Part shown: positions 20,043 through 29,282 of the stretch, piece by piece | Numbering within the stretch: position 1 is the first letter of the stretch | Layout: the number at the start of each line of letters is the position of its first letter | Assembly (NCBI GenBank): GCA_963733095.1 | Contig: CAVTBV010000013.1 | Coordinates: forward strand, 1-64,000 | DNA: 64,000 nt | Source: Candidatus Bathyarchaeota archaeon | GTDB lineage: Archaea > Thermoproteota > Bathyarchaeia > Bathyarchaeales > Bathycorpusculaceae | Reading direction: 5' to 3' | Program-made: the position numbers and the translations under genes | The notes under the pieces: model-generated | Seen by the model: the letters and a program-made list of their open reading frames with translations, nothing else | The model's database searches: none | Told to the model about the DNA's origin: nothing

Positions 20043-20750
20043 ATGGAAAACTATAAACTTAAATCTAAATTGCATAGAAATAGTCTAATCATGGCAACGT
20101 CAAAACAAGAAAACCTAAAAACTGAAGATTCACTTCAAAATGCAGTAAATAAACTTGCAATAATACTCAAAATTATTTTTGAAGATAACCAAGACATCTT
20201 CTTAAAAAAACCAGAAGAAGTTAGTGTGAAAGACCTAAACAATTTGTCAGGCTCATTTGTTTCACTTTCAACACAATTTCAAGAAGTTATCGAAGAATGG
20301 TTTGAATCTACGCCAGAAGGATTTGATGTTTTTAAAAGGTCGGAAGAACTGGAAGACCAGATTGACATTCAAGTATCCGAGGCTGATAAACTGGATTTTG
20401 AGCAAATAAGAAAAATCACCAATAGACTGAATAGAATTAACGATGCTATAGAAAGTTTAGAGAGAGTATCGGTTTATCTTAAATATTATGAAGATTTGTG
20501 CAAACAAAAAGGTCTTACGATGGATGCTAACTTGTCAGAACTTTTTAGAGTTTTTGGTATTGAGGAATTTATCAAAATCCTGAGAATTGAGGCAAAGAAA
20601 CATCGGAAACAAATAGAGAGAAATAATTTGTACAATAATCTGTACAATCAAGCTAAATTGAACACAAAGACATTGAAAATAGCTTATGCAGCCTTGGGAA
20701 TCTCTGTTTTGTCCGCTATACTTGCTGTGTTGGGTTTGCTCTTGAAGTAA
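20043..20750 (+). CDS. Hypothetical helical protein with C-terminal TM anchor
   Basis: 235-aa ORF, charged helical body, hydrophobic C-terminus. Confidence 0.65.
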   Translation: MENYKLKSKLHRNSLIMATSKQENLKTEDSLQNAVNKLAIILKIIFEDNQDIFLKKPEEVSVKDLNNLSGSFVSLSTQFQEVIEEWFESTPEGFDVFKRSEELEDQIDIQVSEADKLDFEQIRKITNRLNRINDAIESLERVSVYLKYYEDLCKQKGLTMDANLSELFRVFGIEEFIKILRIEAKKHRKQIERNNLYNNLYNQAKLNTKTLKIAYAALGISVLSAILAVLGLLLK

Positions 20751-20919
20751 AAAATATTTTTGTAAAAGTAATGCGCTACGGTAAATGGGGATGCAAATCA
20801 ACTCCGCTATTTTCTAAATATTAGCTTTCGTGTTTAGATGAGTTATCAAGCTAATTGTATTAAACTACGTTTATGACGTCGAAAGTTAAGTTTGTCAAGC
20901 TTTTCGCTTTGATTTTATT

Positions 20920-21075
20920 TTAGATTTTCAGCTTCTCAGCGAAGGCTTCAGCATGTTTGAGGTCTTCTTCATTAGGTCTTCCTTTGTTTAATCCACCAAA
21001 ATACTTGAGAAATTTGTTAGTGTTGAAACCTGCACAACTAAACTCGTTCGCAATCGTGTAGCCTTTGGATTGGAC
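20920..21075 (-). pseudogene. C-terminal fragment of flavodoxin-like protein
   Basis: SKGYTIANEFSCAGF...GGLNKGRPNEEDLKHAEAFA without N-terminal half. Confidence 0.65.
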
Positions 21076-21232
21076 AGTTGTCTTTAAGGACGTGTCTCTG
21101 ACCGCCTTATGAAGTGATTGGGTATTTAAAATTATGCGTCTATTTGACAAATGTTCATTTTCTGAGCGCGCGCTGGCGAAACCTTAAATAGAAAATAAGC
21201 CGATAGGCGCTAACATAGAGAAAGGGCTCAAA

Positions 21233-21691
21233 ATGAAGGTTTACGAAAAGTACGCGTGGGTGATATTACTAGCTGTAGGGCTGTTATGGTTGGTGGTTGG
21301 AATCGTTGCTGTGTTCCAGCCAGAAGGAATATTTGAGGGGGACGCCCAATCTGTCACAAACATGCCGTGGAGTGAGCTCAAGGCTTCGAGCCCTGAGGCT
21401 TCCAACTTTGTCATCTTCGTCTATGGGCAAATGGGTCTGCTCAAGATAAGTTGGTCATTGTTCATATTAGCCATAACTCTAACGGGTTATCGTAGGGGAG
21501 AAAAATGGGCTTGGTACATAATGTTATTAGCTCCTATCCTGCTGGTGAGCGATGCAGTTTTCAGCGCCGTCTTCATCGGCGACATCAACCAATTACTAGA
21601 TTTTATTCCAATTACAACCATAACGATGCTTGGGCTACTTGTGCCCTACAGGATATTCTTCCCAAAGAAACCATCGAAGGTGCAACAATGA
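21233..21691 (+). CDS. Four-TM hypothetical membrane protein
   Basis: Hydrophobic helices; YRRGEKWAW. Confidence 0.75.
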   Translation: MKVYEKYAWVILLAVGLLWLVVGIVAVFQPEGIFEGDAQSVTNMPWSELKASSPEASNFVIFVYGQMGLLKISWSLFILAITLTGYRRGEKWAWYIMLLAPILLVSDAVFSAVFIGDINQLLDFIPITTITMLGLLVPYRIFFPKKPSKVQQ

Positions 21692-22092
21692 ACATAAAAC
21701 TGGTACTGAGTGCAGCGCTTGCATTTGTTGCGTACTTTTTAGGCATTATAGCTGATGCGAACCATAATACGGACAGCGTGGTTTATCCCGCCGCATGTTT
21801 TTCCAAAATATTCCTCTTCTTAGTCGCCATTCCACTTGCAAACTCGGCCGGTAAAAGCATCAGAAAACAGTTAGGCACAACGGGGATTCCAGGTTTAAGA
21901 TTCACAAGTTGGATCCTATACGGAGTTGCAATAGTTCATTTTGCCTTTTTCTTTATGTGGCCCACTATTGCAAGCGGAAATACCCAGCTCCCAGACGGGC
22001 AAATAACGGTTGATGCAACGATCTTTCTTATGGCGTCGATGTTTATGATTGCAGACGCCCGGAATTCGCAAAAAAACAAAATTGGAGTGTAA
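21688..22092 (+). CDS. Hypothetical membrane protein
   Basis: ATGA overlap with upstream gene; four hydrophobic segments. Confidence 0.7.
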   Translation: MNIKLVLSAALAFVAYFLGIIADANHNTDSVVYPAACFSKIFLFLVAIPLANSAGKSIRKQLGTTGIPGLRFTSWILYGVAIVHFAFFFMWPTIASGNTQLPDGQITVDATIFLMASMFMIADARNSQKNKIGV

Positions 22093-22100
22093 TCTTGAAA

Positions 22101-23039
22101 ATGAAAGCAGCCATTTACGAGAAATATGGATCACCCGAGGTATTGAGCCTCAAAGAAATGGAAAAACCAGTTCCTAAAGACAATGAAGTACTGATAAAAA
22201 TCCGCGCCACAACTGTAGCAGCTGGAGATATACGGATGCGAGGCTTCAAAGTTCCAACGAAATTCTGGCTCCCTATGCGATTAGCTTTAGGTTTAACAGG
22301 ACCAAAAAATAAAGTCCTTGGGATGGAAGTATCTGGGACAGTCGAGACAATTGGCAAAGGTGTAGAAAAATTTAGGGTTGGTGATGAAGTCTTGGCTGCA
22401 ACCGGATTTGGTGGGGGATATGCCGAGTATATTTGTCTTCCAGAGAAAGACGTTGTGGGAAGAGTAGTTATCGAGGTCGCAAAGAAACCGCCAAATTTGA
22501 CTTTTGAGGAAGCTGCTGCTGTTCCCATTGGCGCAATGACTGCGCTGGCTTTTCTTAGGAAAGCAAAGGTCAAGAACGGGAGTAAAGTTCTTGTTTATGG
22601 AGCTTCGGGAAGCGTTGGCACTTACACGGTTCAGCTTGCTAAATATTTCGGGGCAGAAGTTACCGGTGTATGTAGTGCTTCAAATTTGGAGTTAGTCAAA
22701 TCTTTAGGGGCGGATGTTGTGATTGATTACGCCAAAGAAGATTTCGCCAAAAATGGTCAGAGGTATGACTTGGTTTTTGACGCTGTAGGCAAAATTTCGC
22801 GTTCAAAGGCGAAGGGATCGCTGACAGAAAACGGCGTTTTTCTTTCCACTTGGGGGTCCGGAGGCATGGAGCCAAATGATTTATCAACACTTAGCGGTCT
22901 AATTGAAGCTGGCAAATTAAAAGCAGTCATCGATAAAACGTACCCCTTGGAGCAGATTGTCGAAGCCCATCGCTACGTAGAAGCTGGGCACAAGAAGGGA
23001 AACGTCGTCATAACTTTGCAGCATAGCTTGCCCGCTTAG
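22101..23039 (+). CDS. NAD(P)-dependent oxidoreductase, MDR/quinone-reductase-like family
   Basis: GGYAEY, VLVYGASGSVG and HKKGNVVI motifs; no Zn ligands. Confidence 0.9.
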   Translation: MKAAIYEKYGSPEVLSLKEMEKPVPKDNEVLIKIRATTVAAGDIRMRGFKVPTKFWLPMRLALGLTGPKNKVLGMEVSGTVETIGKGVEKFRVGDEVLAATGFGGGYAEYICLPEKDVVGRVVIEVAKKPPNLTFEEAAAVPIGAMTALAFLRKAKVKNGSKVLVYGASGSVGTYTVQLAKYFGAEVTGVCSASNLELVKSLGADVVIDYAKEDFAKNGQRYDLVFDAVGKISRSKAKGSLTENGVFLSTWGSGGMEPNDLSTLSGLIEAGKLKAVIDKTYPLEQIVEAHRYVEAGHKKGNVVITLQHSLPA

Positions 23040-23112
23040 TTGAATGATTGGCGAAATAGTCAACTAAGAGGCGGTTCAGATACTCTCCCCAAACAGGGAG
23101 CGCCTCCAAAAG

Positions 23113-23532
23113 TTAAATTACGTTTTGCGCCAAAGATACCCAGCTAAAGCTATTATGACAAGTTTCCATGCTGACCAGATTAGCCAGGCATACGTTTGGT
23201 TCAAAAATAACCCCCAGAGCAAGCACACGATTCACTACCGAAACGGCAATAACCAGAGGCGGTGCCCACTTTAATTTACTTAACAACCCAAAGACAGAAA
23301 CAGCGTAAACCACTGCGTAGCCCAAAAGAATGGCGCTTGTTATCATAACGGCGCCATTTTTCCCCGCAAAACTTGCAATCAAACCACCGTATACTGACAA
23401 CTCTCCTAAGGAAGGGTCCCACAGAAAAAACGCCGCAGCTAAAACGTCCCCCGCAATATTGAGTATGACCAGAACTATCAGAATTTTGGTAATTAGGTTA
23501 GCATGCGATAGCTTTGAAGTTTTGGCGGTCAT
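23113..23532 (-). CDS. Hypothetical membrane protein
   Basis: Hydrophobic ORF; C-terminus may be frameshifted. Confidence 0.6.
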   Translation of the reverse strand: MTAKTSKLSHANLITKILIVLVILNIAGDVLAAAFFLWDPSLGELSVYGGLIASFAGKNGAVMITSAILLGYAVVYAVSVFGLLSKLKWAPPLVIAVSVVNRVLALGVIFEPNVCLANLVSMETCHNSFSWVSLAQNVI

Positions 23533-23826
23533 AGCTTTCTTTTACGTCTTTTTTCCTTATTTAACACTTGTCTCCGAACACGCGCATCTCATCATAAAAA
23601 CAAGATATCTCCTGATACGCCGCGCTTTTTTTGCCCGGGTGGCAAGTATAAGGGAGTTGAAAACTGCGTTGCTGTCTCTTTAATTTGAACGGTTAGAAGC
23701 TTTATGTTCAAAATAACCCATTTCACCATCAGCACCAAAGCTCCTCAGGTTTTGTTTGGCTAAAATAAACTATAAAGTGAAAAAGTATTTTTCGGGGTGG
23801 CTTAATCCCCGCTTGTAGCCTTTGTA

Positions 23827-24189
23827 TTAAGCTTGGATTGGTTTTCTGTTGGTCGTCTTTTGGATAGCTTCGGCAACGATGAATAAGCCAACGAGTAGGA
23901 TCACTGTCGGAATGAATGGCATTGCAAATCCCGCGATTCCGGCACCGCTTAAAGCGAATGCAAGCATACCTATGAAGAGACTGAATTTGCTAATGGCGAT
24001 TTTCCCGGTTTTTCTGGCAATATTTAGAGAAATTAAAATGATTCCAACGCCCAGAGCTACGTAAATTCCAGTGTCCATCTGATAGTAAGTTGATGTTATC
24101 CATCCGACTCCAAGCAGAATAATAAATACGCCCCATGCTATTGTGTCCAATACTTTGTTTGTTATCGAGTTAGCATTCATTTTTTTCAC
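23827..24189 (-). CDS. Four-TM hypothetical membrane protein
   Basis: LDTIAWGVFIILLG...; overlaps stop of upstream gene. Confidence 0.75.
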   Translation of the reverse strand: MKKMNANSITNKVLDTIAWGVFIILLGVGWITSTYYQMDTGIYVALGVGIILISLNIARKTGKIAISKFSLFIGMLAFALSGAGIAGFAMPFIPTVILLVGLFIVAEAIQKTTNRKPIQA

Positions 24190-24463
24190 CTCCGTTACTC
24201 ACTTTCTCTTGCCGTTGATGACTACACCCACATGAATTTGAGGATCCTTCCTCAACTTCGATTTCTGCTATGCCCGATGCAAATCTGTCTATTTGTGTCA
24301 TTGCGGTTTTTCGGACAAGCTTTGAGACTCCGATTGCTTCCGCGATTTCTTTTTTGTTAGCTCCGCCATCGAGAGCTTTTTTGATTATGTTTCTCAGGCA
24401 GGGTTGGCAGTTTGCGTTAAAAGCTGCTCCAACTGCAATCAGCAACTTTGTTTTAGTTTCCAT
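24170..24463 (-). CDS. Carboxymuconolactone decarboxylase/AhpD-like protein
   Basis: KLLIAVGAAFNANCQPC...GANKKEIAEAI. Confidence 0.8.
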   Translation of the reverse strand: METKTKLLIAVGAAFNANCQPCLRNIIKKALDGGANKKEIAEAIGVSKLVRKTAMTQIDRFASGIAEIEVEEGSSNSCGCSHQRQEKVSNGGEKNEC

Positions 24464-24564
24464 ATCAGTCCTTCCATCTTGTTCTTCTACTTCTTTATTG
24501 GGAGTAGAAAAATATATAAGATTTTTCTGACATCTACTTCTCAGAAGGCAGGAGAACACAATTT

Positions 24565-25320
24565 ATGAAAGATGAAGTAGTTGCCCGAGACCGAATAGTC
24601 TTAAGCCTAAAGAATCTAGCCTTATCGACGTATGAAGCGGAGGTCTATGCAGCACTACTGGCTCATCCAACAATGACCGCAGGTGCACTGTGTAAAGAAA
24701 CAGGAATTTCCGACACCAAGATTTACTATGCACTTGATGGACTCTCAGAGAAGGGAATGCTGATCGTTCGCAACGCTAACCCTAAAATCTACAAACCAGT
24801 TCCACCTAAGGAAGCAATCGCAAATTTAAAGCGGCGACTAACCGAAAAGCTAACCGATGAGTTAAAAGAAGCAGACGTTTTAGTCGATATGCTATCACCA
24901 ATCTATGAAAGCGCCGAAAAACCGGAAGAGTTGGAAGTAGGCTACATCATAAGTGGAAAAAACAACATCACAAACAGAATGAAAACCTTGATTGGAAATG
25001 CCAGAAAAGAAATAACATTATTCGTCGCGTATCCTGAGCTCTTCAAAGAACTGAGCGCATCGCTTCGCGAAGCCCAAGAGAAACGCAGGATTAAACTGAA
25101 TATCGCGATGACGGAAGAGATGCTTAAAACAGAAAACATCAAAGGTCTTGGCGACACACGCCAATTATGTTGCTCGGTGACTTTGCTAATATCTGATTTG
25201 AAAACGCTTGTCACGGTGTCTGATTGGGCTTTTTCCGAAACTGCTATGCTCTCGCAAGACCAAAACCTAATTCGAGTAGCAAGAGACTATTACGAGAACT
25301 CCATGTGTTATGCACCTTAA
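24565..25320 (+). CDS. TrmB-family transcriptional regulator
   Basis: LSTYEAEVYAALL...KIYYALDGLSEKG, PKIYKPVPP. Confidence 0.9.
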   Translation: MKDEVVARDRIVLSLKNLALSTYEAEVYAALLAHPTMTAGALCKETGISDTKIYYALDGLSEKGMLIVRNANPKIYKPVPPKEAIANLKRRLTEKLTDELKEADVLVDMLSPIYESAEKPEELEVGYIISGKNNITNRMKTLIGNARKEITLFVAYPELFKELSASLREAQEKRRIKLNIAMTEEMLKTENIKGLGDTRQLCCSVTLLISDLKTLVTVSDWAFSETAMLSQDQNLIRVARDYYENSMCYAP

Positions 25321-25411
25321 ATGCTCACGGATGAAGCCAACCTGAATATCTCTTGACCACTTTTACTACAGCATTAAATTAATATATCAAAATTGATCAT
25401 AAGGAAAATAC

Positions 25412-25867
25412 ATGTTATCAAATCAGGAGCTTTTTCAAAAGGCAGTTGCATACTTTGCTAGCGGTTACAACTGCACCCAAAGCGTGCTCTTAACGTTATG
25501 CGGACACATTGCGCCAGAAGTGAAGAGTGAGTTGGTTCCAAAAATAGGGAGCGGATTTGGCGGCGGCATTGGATTATGCGGGTGTGTTTGCGGGTCGTTA
25601 ACTGGCAGCATTATGGCTGTTGGAATCAAATATGGATCTAACGATGCAGGAGAAGAAAAAAACCTCATGGCCTACGCTAAGGCTAACGCACTTTACCATC
25701 TGTTTGAGAAGCAACACGGATCCGTTTTGTGTCGTGAACTAGTCAAATACGACCTATCCAAACCTGAAGAGGTAGCCAAAGCAAGACAAGCAGGAGTTTT
25801 TGAAAAAGTATGTGTCAACTTTGTTAAAACTGCTGTTGAAGATTATCTCGAAATAGAAAACAAATAA
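25412..25867 (+). CDS. C-GCAxxG-C-C family redox protein
   Basis: GYNCTQSV, GFGGG..CG..CGSLTG, HGSVLCREL, final Cys. Confidence 0.88.
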   Translation: MLSNQELFQKAVAYFASGYNCTQSVLLTLCGHIAPEVKSELVPKIGSGFGGGIGLCGCVCGSLTGSIMAVGIKYGSNDAGEEKNLMAYAKANALYHLFEKQHGSVLCRELVKYDLSKPEEVAKARQAGVFEKVCVNFVKTAVEDYLEIENK

Positions 25868-25909
25868 TCAAACTATCGTGGCACCTATAAAGTGACATCT
25901 TGAATTTGG

Positions 25910-26362
25910 TTAGTGCTTGTCTGATTGGCGTAAACTCTCTGATCCGTACAGCTTTTTGTATAGATAGCCAATAGCTACTCCAACAAAGAGAAACCTTGGA
26001 ACATTAAGTATTGTGCCAAAGAGGAAATAATAAAGGGCATCACTCGTCCCAAAACTTGAAGGGGCTTCCAGTAGAATTGCACCAATGACTAGGGCAATAA
26101 TGCTTAGTATTAAGGATTGTAGAATTGGATTTTTTGTCGGAATCTTGTCAAAGAAACGAACCAAGACAAAGCTAATTAAAAATCCGATAATCATGCCAGC
26201 AGGCAAAGAACCGACCCAGACCGTTTCCGCGCTCCACCGTGCAGCTCTATAATCCACTGTGATGGGAAACAGGGAAGTTGCGATGGAAACTGCCCAGAAG
26301 GCTAATCCACCCACGACCGCCAGTACTACTATCTTTCTCCAGACATCTTTTGATTGAGTCAT
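25910..26362 (-). CDS. Hypothetical membrane protein
   Basis: Four TM segments. Confidence 0.7.
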   Translation of the reverse strand: MTQSKDVWRKIVVLAVVGGLAFWAVSIATSLFPITVDYRAARWSAETVWVGSLPAGMIIGFLISFVLVRFFDKIPTKNPILQSLILSIIALVIGAILLEAPSSFGTSDALYYFLFGTILNVPRFLFVGVAIGYLYKKLYGSESLRQSDKH

Positions 26363-26386
26363 CTTTTTTCTCCCTCTTTACTTAAT

Positions 26387-27046
26387 TTAGTCAGTCTTTT
26401 TCGGTTCCTTAACAGCCATAATCAAAAGCCACGCAGTAAGAGAAATTTCCGCAATGAAGCTAATTGCATTTCCTGGATAAGCTAATATTTTGTAGTCGGG
26501 GAGAAGGAAGCCCTGTAAGAACCAGCTCATGTTGCCGAAGAAATCAAGGATCAGCAGTAGACCTAAGAATTTGGGAAGGGAGCGCGATTTGTAAACTAAG
26601 TATCCAAGGGGAAGTAGCCAAGCGCTGAAAAATATCTGGGCGATTAGAAAGCCATTTGTGTATAAATTGAGCGAGGACATTGCCATGGCTTGCAGTTGGC
26701 CTGTTTGAAATACGCTTAAGTAGTTAGCTCCGCTCAAGAACTGAAGGGCGGCAAATAGATTTAGCGCATTAAGGCACTCTACCGCGACACCGCCCAAGTT
26801 TAGTACCAAGAGCAACAAAGCCAGGTTTTTGTTAACCGGTTTTAACAACACATATAGTGCCCATGCCGTTAAAACAAAAAACACTGCAGATACTAGCTCG
26901 GTCACAAAACCGAAACGGAAAAACAATTCAGAACCCATAATATTATTGGCTGTGGCCGCTGCATCTCCGGATACAATAATATTTCCGCGAACATACGAGG
27001 CTAAGACAGTAGTTAAAATGAAAATGAGATAAAACAATCCCGCCAT
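26387..27046 (-). CDS. DUF4386-family membrane protein
   Basis: AGLFYL...GDAAATANNI...LYVLLKPVNK...LGYLVYKS.LPK; true start may be slightly upstream. Confidence 0.8.
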   Translation of the reverse strand: MAGLFYLIFILTTVLASYVRGNIIVSGDAAATANNIMGSELFFRFGFVTELVSAVFFVLTAWALYVLLKPVNKNLALLLLVLNLGGVAVECLNALNLFAALQFLSGANYLSVFQTGQLQAMAMSSLNLYTNGFLIAQIFFSAWLLPLGYLVYKSRSLPKFLGLLLILDFFGNMSWFLQGFLLPDYKILAYPGNAISFIAEISLTAWLLIMAVKEPKKTD

Positions 27047-27224
27047 TCTTGCGGTTTTACGTGGCGATAAATCTGCGACTGGGTTTGTTGTCGTAAAGAT
27101 TCTCCGTATGCTTTCATTCCTCTATATGGTGCTAATAAATTTTTCTAAGCTAGCAATCGCAAGGCAGACGAACCTGGCAGACCCGCCTTCTTCCAAGGTT
27201 GCTTTGTCAGGCTCTGTTATTATG

Positions 27225-27355
27225 TCTTACAGTTATGACGACATTTCCCTTTTGTGTCCCGCTTAAACATATCGATGAGCCTTGGCTATCTGTTCCAGCG
27301 GATAGTATCTGTCTATGACCGGCTTAATTTTTCCCGTTTCTAGCAGTTCATTGAG
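27225..27355 (-). pseudogene. C-terminal remnant of MDR oxidoreductase
   Basis: [39 protein letters not shown]; paralogous to end of 22101-23039. Confidence 0.7.
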
Positions 27356-27573
27356 CAAATTATTCCTTCAATACTGAACTTGGGGAGTTCGCCAACGAAA
27401 CCCTCGATTAACACTTTGTCATCGCCATCGCTAGGTATGGCGAGGCGTTTGACAAAATTCTTTGAAGCTAATTCTACCGAGAACATATGACCAGAGTTTT
27501 TCTGTGGGTTTGTCATTTCAATTCCTCGCATACTTCTCCATGAACCTTCATCTTTACCCCTCTTTCTCTTCAA
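27340..27573 (-). pseudogene. Truncated hypothetical protein
   Basis: HMFSVELASKNFVKR...VLIEGFVGEL runs into the oxidoreductase remnant. Confidence 0.45.
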
Positions 27574-27935
27574 GTTAGCGCCTATCAGCTTGTTTTCTTT
27601 ATAAAGTTTGTCATAGACGTAGCAACGCTTGCCATAGACTTAGCCATCATGATTTGCGATTCTCAAATCTTCTTCTATTAAAGACGGTTACCAATTCGGT
27701 TTAGTGGCAAAATCATTGTATACTGTACCTCTTACACACCCAAACTTCACACATAAATCTTGAACAATCTCAGTGGATGATAAGCTGCTTCCCTCTTGCT
27801 TTAGCAATTCTAAGCTTCTTGGTCACATTTTCTAAGGTTTTTGTAATTTGACTCATACAAGTTTTCAAAATTATAACTTGATACATAATTGCATGAAAAA
27901 AGATAAAAAAAGAGAATGGTATTTTTCTATTTTGT

Positions 27936-28388
27936 TTACTTTGAATTCTTTGTTTGCCGTCGACTAACAAATATGGCTAGACCAGCGATTGCTGCAACGC
28001 CAGCTACAAGAACTATAATGCATGTGCGGTCGTCAGATTGTGCTTGAGTTGCAACAAGATTCGGGTTATCTGATTCACTATTTGCAGAATCATATAAGGT
28101 TGAATCATCGGCGGAAGCTGTACTGTTGTCTTGGGGTCTATCTAAGAGTGGATTGTCATCTGTTGTTGCGGTACTGTTATCTTGGGCAGTATACAAGGTT
28201 GGGTTTTCATTAATTATTTCACTGTCGGCGTCGGTTGGTGTTTGATTTGGGATTCGAGTTGAGTCAAGTTCAGCACTTGCACTTGAGATTGCCGTTGCAG
28301 ATAACAAAAATAAGGTCAATACTGCAACGGTTAAGAATTTTTTTCCCTTGATTTGTGATTTATTTTCCATTTTTAACCACTTATGCAT
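27936..28388 (-). CDS. Secreted low-complexity protein with C-terminal TM anchor
   Basis: Signal peptide, QDNSTA(T/S)xDD repeats, TM helix plus basic tail. Confidence 0.75.
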   Translation of the reverse strand: MHKWLKMENKSQIKGKKFLTVAVLTLFLLSATAISSASAELDSTRIPNQTPTDADSEIINENPTLYTAQDNSTATTDDNPLLDRPQDNSTASADDSTLYDSANSESDNPNLVATQAQSDDRTCIIVLVAGVAAIAGLAIFVSRRQTKNSK

Positions 28389-28683
28389 CTACGTGGTAGA
28401 ATGTTGAATTTAGCACCATGCATTAGAACATAACATCATAATTTTTGGAACAGGATGTTCTAAACAATAGAACGGACACTTTAGAAATCCTCTAAGATTT
28501 GAATTACGCCAAAACATTTTGTAGTGGTTTGTCAGTTGGAGGTTTATACTTGAAGCTGAAATTCAAACGGTTTTGGCTAATACTGTTAATTAGTTTTTTT
28601 CCGCACCTAAACCTGTTATTTTGATAAAATTTCCTTATTTCATTTCTGGTTTTTCAGAATCATGCGAAATAAATCCCGTTTTT

Positions 28684-28776
28684 TAGGATATAGAAGCTAC
28701 ACCCCCTGGCAATTTGGGCAGCCGTTGCATCGAACCCTCAGTGAATGGAGATGTCACCCGCATTACCCAATTTTTT
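28684..28776. repeat. Dispersed ~92-bp non-coding repeat, copy B (putative empty recombination site)
   Basis: Aligns with 19596-19687; tggagatgtcacccg (28746-28760) is identical to 14178-14192. Confidence 0.8.
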
Positions 28777-28843
28777 GTAGAAGGCGATAGGAAAAAGTGA
28801 TGAACAAATTCCTTTCATTCAAATCTAAGGATCAAGAATTGGC

Positions 28844-29065
28844 TTATGGGCAACAATTACAGTTGTCGGTGTTGAGCCATTTTTTGTGCCACTTAAAGTT
28901 CTCGCAACCTTCTTTGGATTCGCAGCACATACATTGGTCTTCACTTGTAGCTTTATTTATCATATCGATTAGCTCCTTCTCCGCTTCAGGGTCAAGGCAT
29001 AGCTTTTTGACTTGTTTTTCAAATTCGCCTGTCAAATGCACAAACTCCTCTATAATTCTAACCAC
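28844..29065 (-). CDS. Small Cys-rich hypothetical protein
   Basis: CMCCESKEGCENFKW. Confidence 0.5.
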   Translation of the reverse strand: MVRIIEEFVHLTGEFEKQVKKLCLDPEAEKELIDMINKATSEDQCMCCESKEGCENFKWHKKWLNTDNCNCCP

Positions 29066-29087
29066 AAGCAGGTGTTCTTTAACATAA

Positions 29088-29175
29088 TGGTGCAGGGGGT
29101 GGGATTTGAACCCACGAACCTCTGAAGGATAGGCTCCTGAAGCCTACGCCTTTGACCATGCTCGGCGACCCCTGC
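29088..29175 (-). tRNA. tRNA-Leu(CAG), CCA encoded
   Basis: GCAGGGG/CCCCTGC acceptor, TAGGC-ttCAGga-GCCTA anticodon arm, long variable arm, GGTTCAAATCC. Confidence 0.97.
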
Positions 29176-29282
29176 GCTATACAAGTTGCAGTTATCAAAA
29201 ATAGTCCTTACTGATAAATACGTTACCACCGAAACTCAGCAAGCAACTGCTTCGTAGGTGATTTTTTTAATGAATGGGACGT

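Noticed and set aside
29088-29115. Expected att duplication of the tRNA-Leu 3' end bounding the island
   Set aside because: No same-orientation copy found; CACCCC(C)TG at ~19612 and ~28700 is short and inverted
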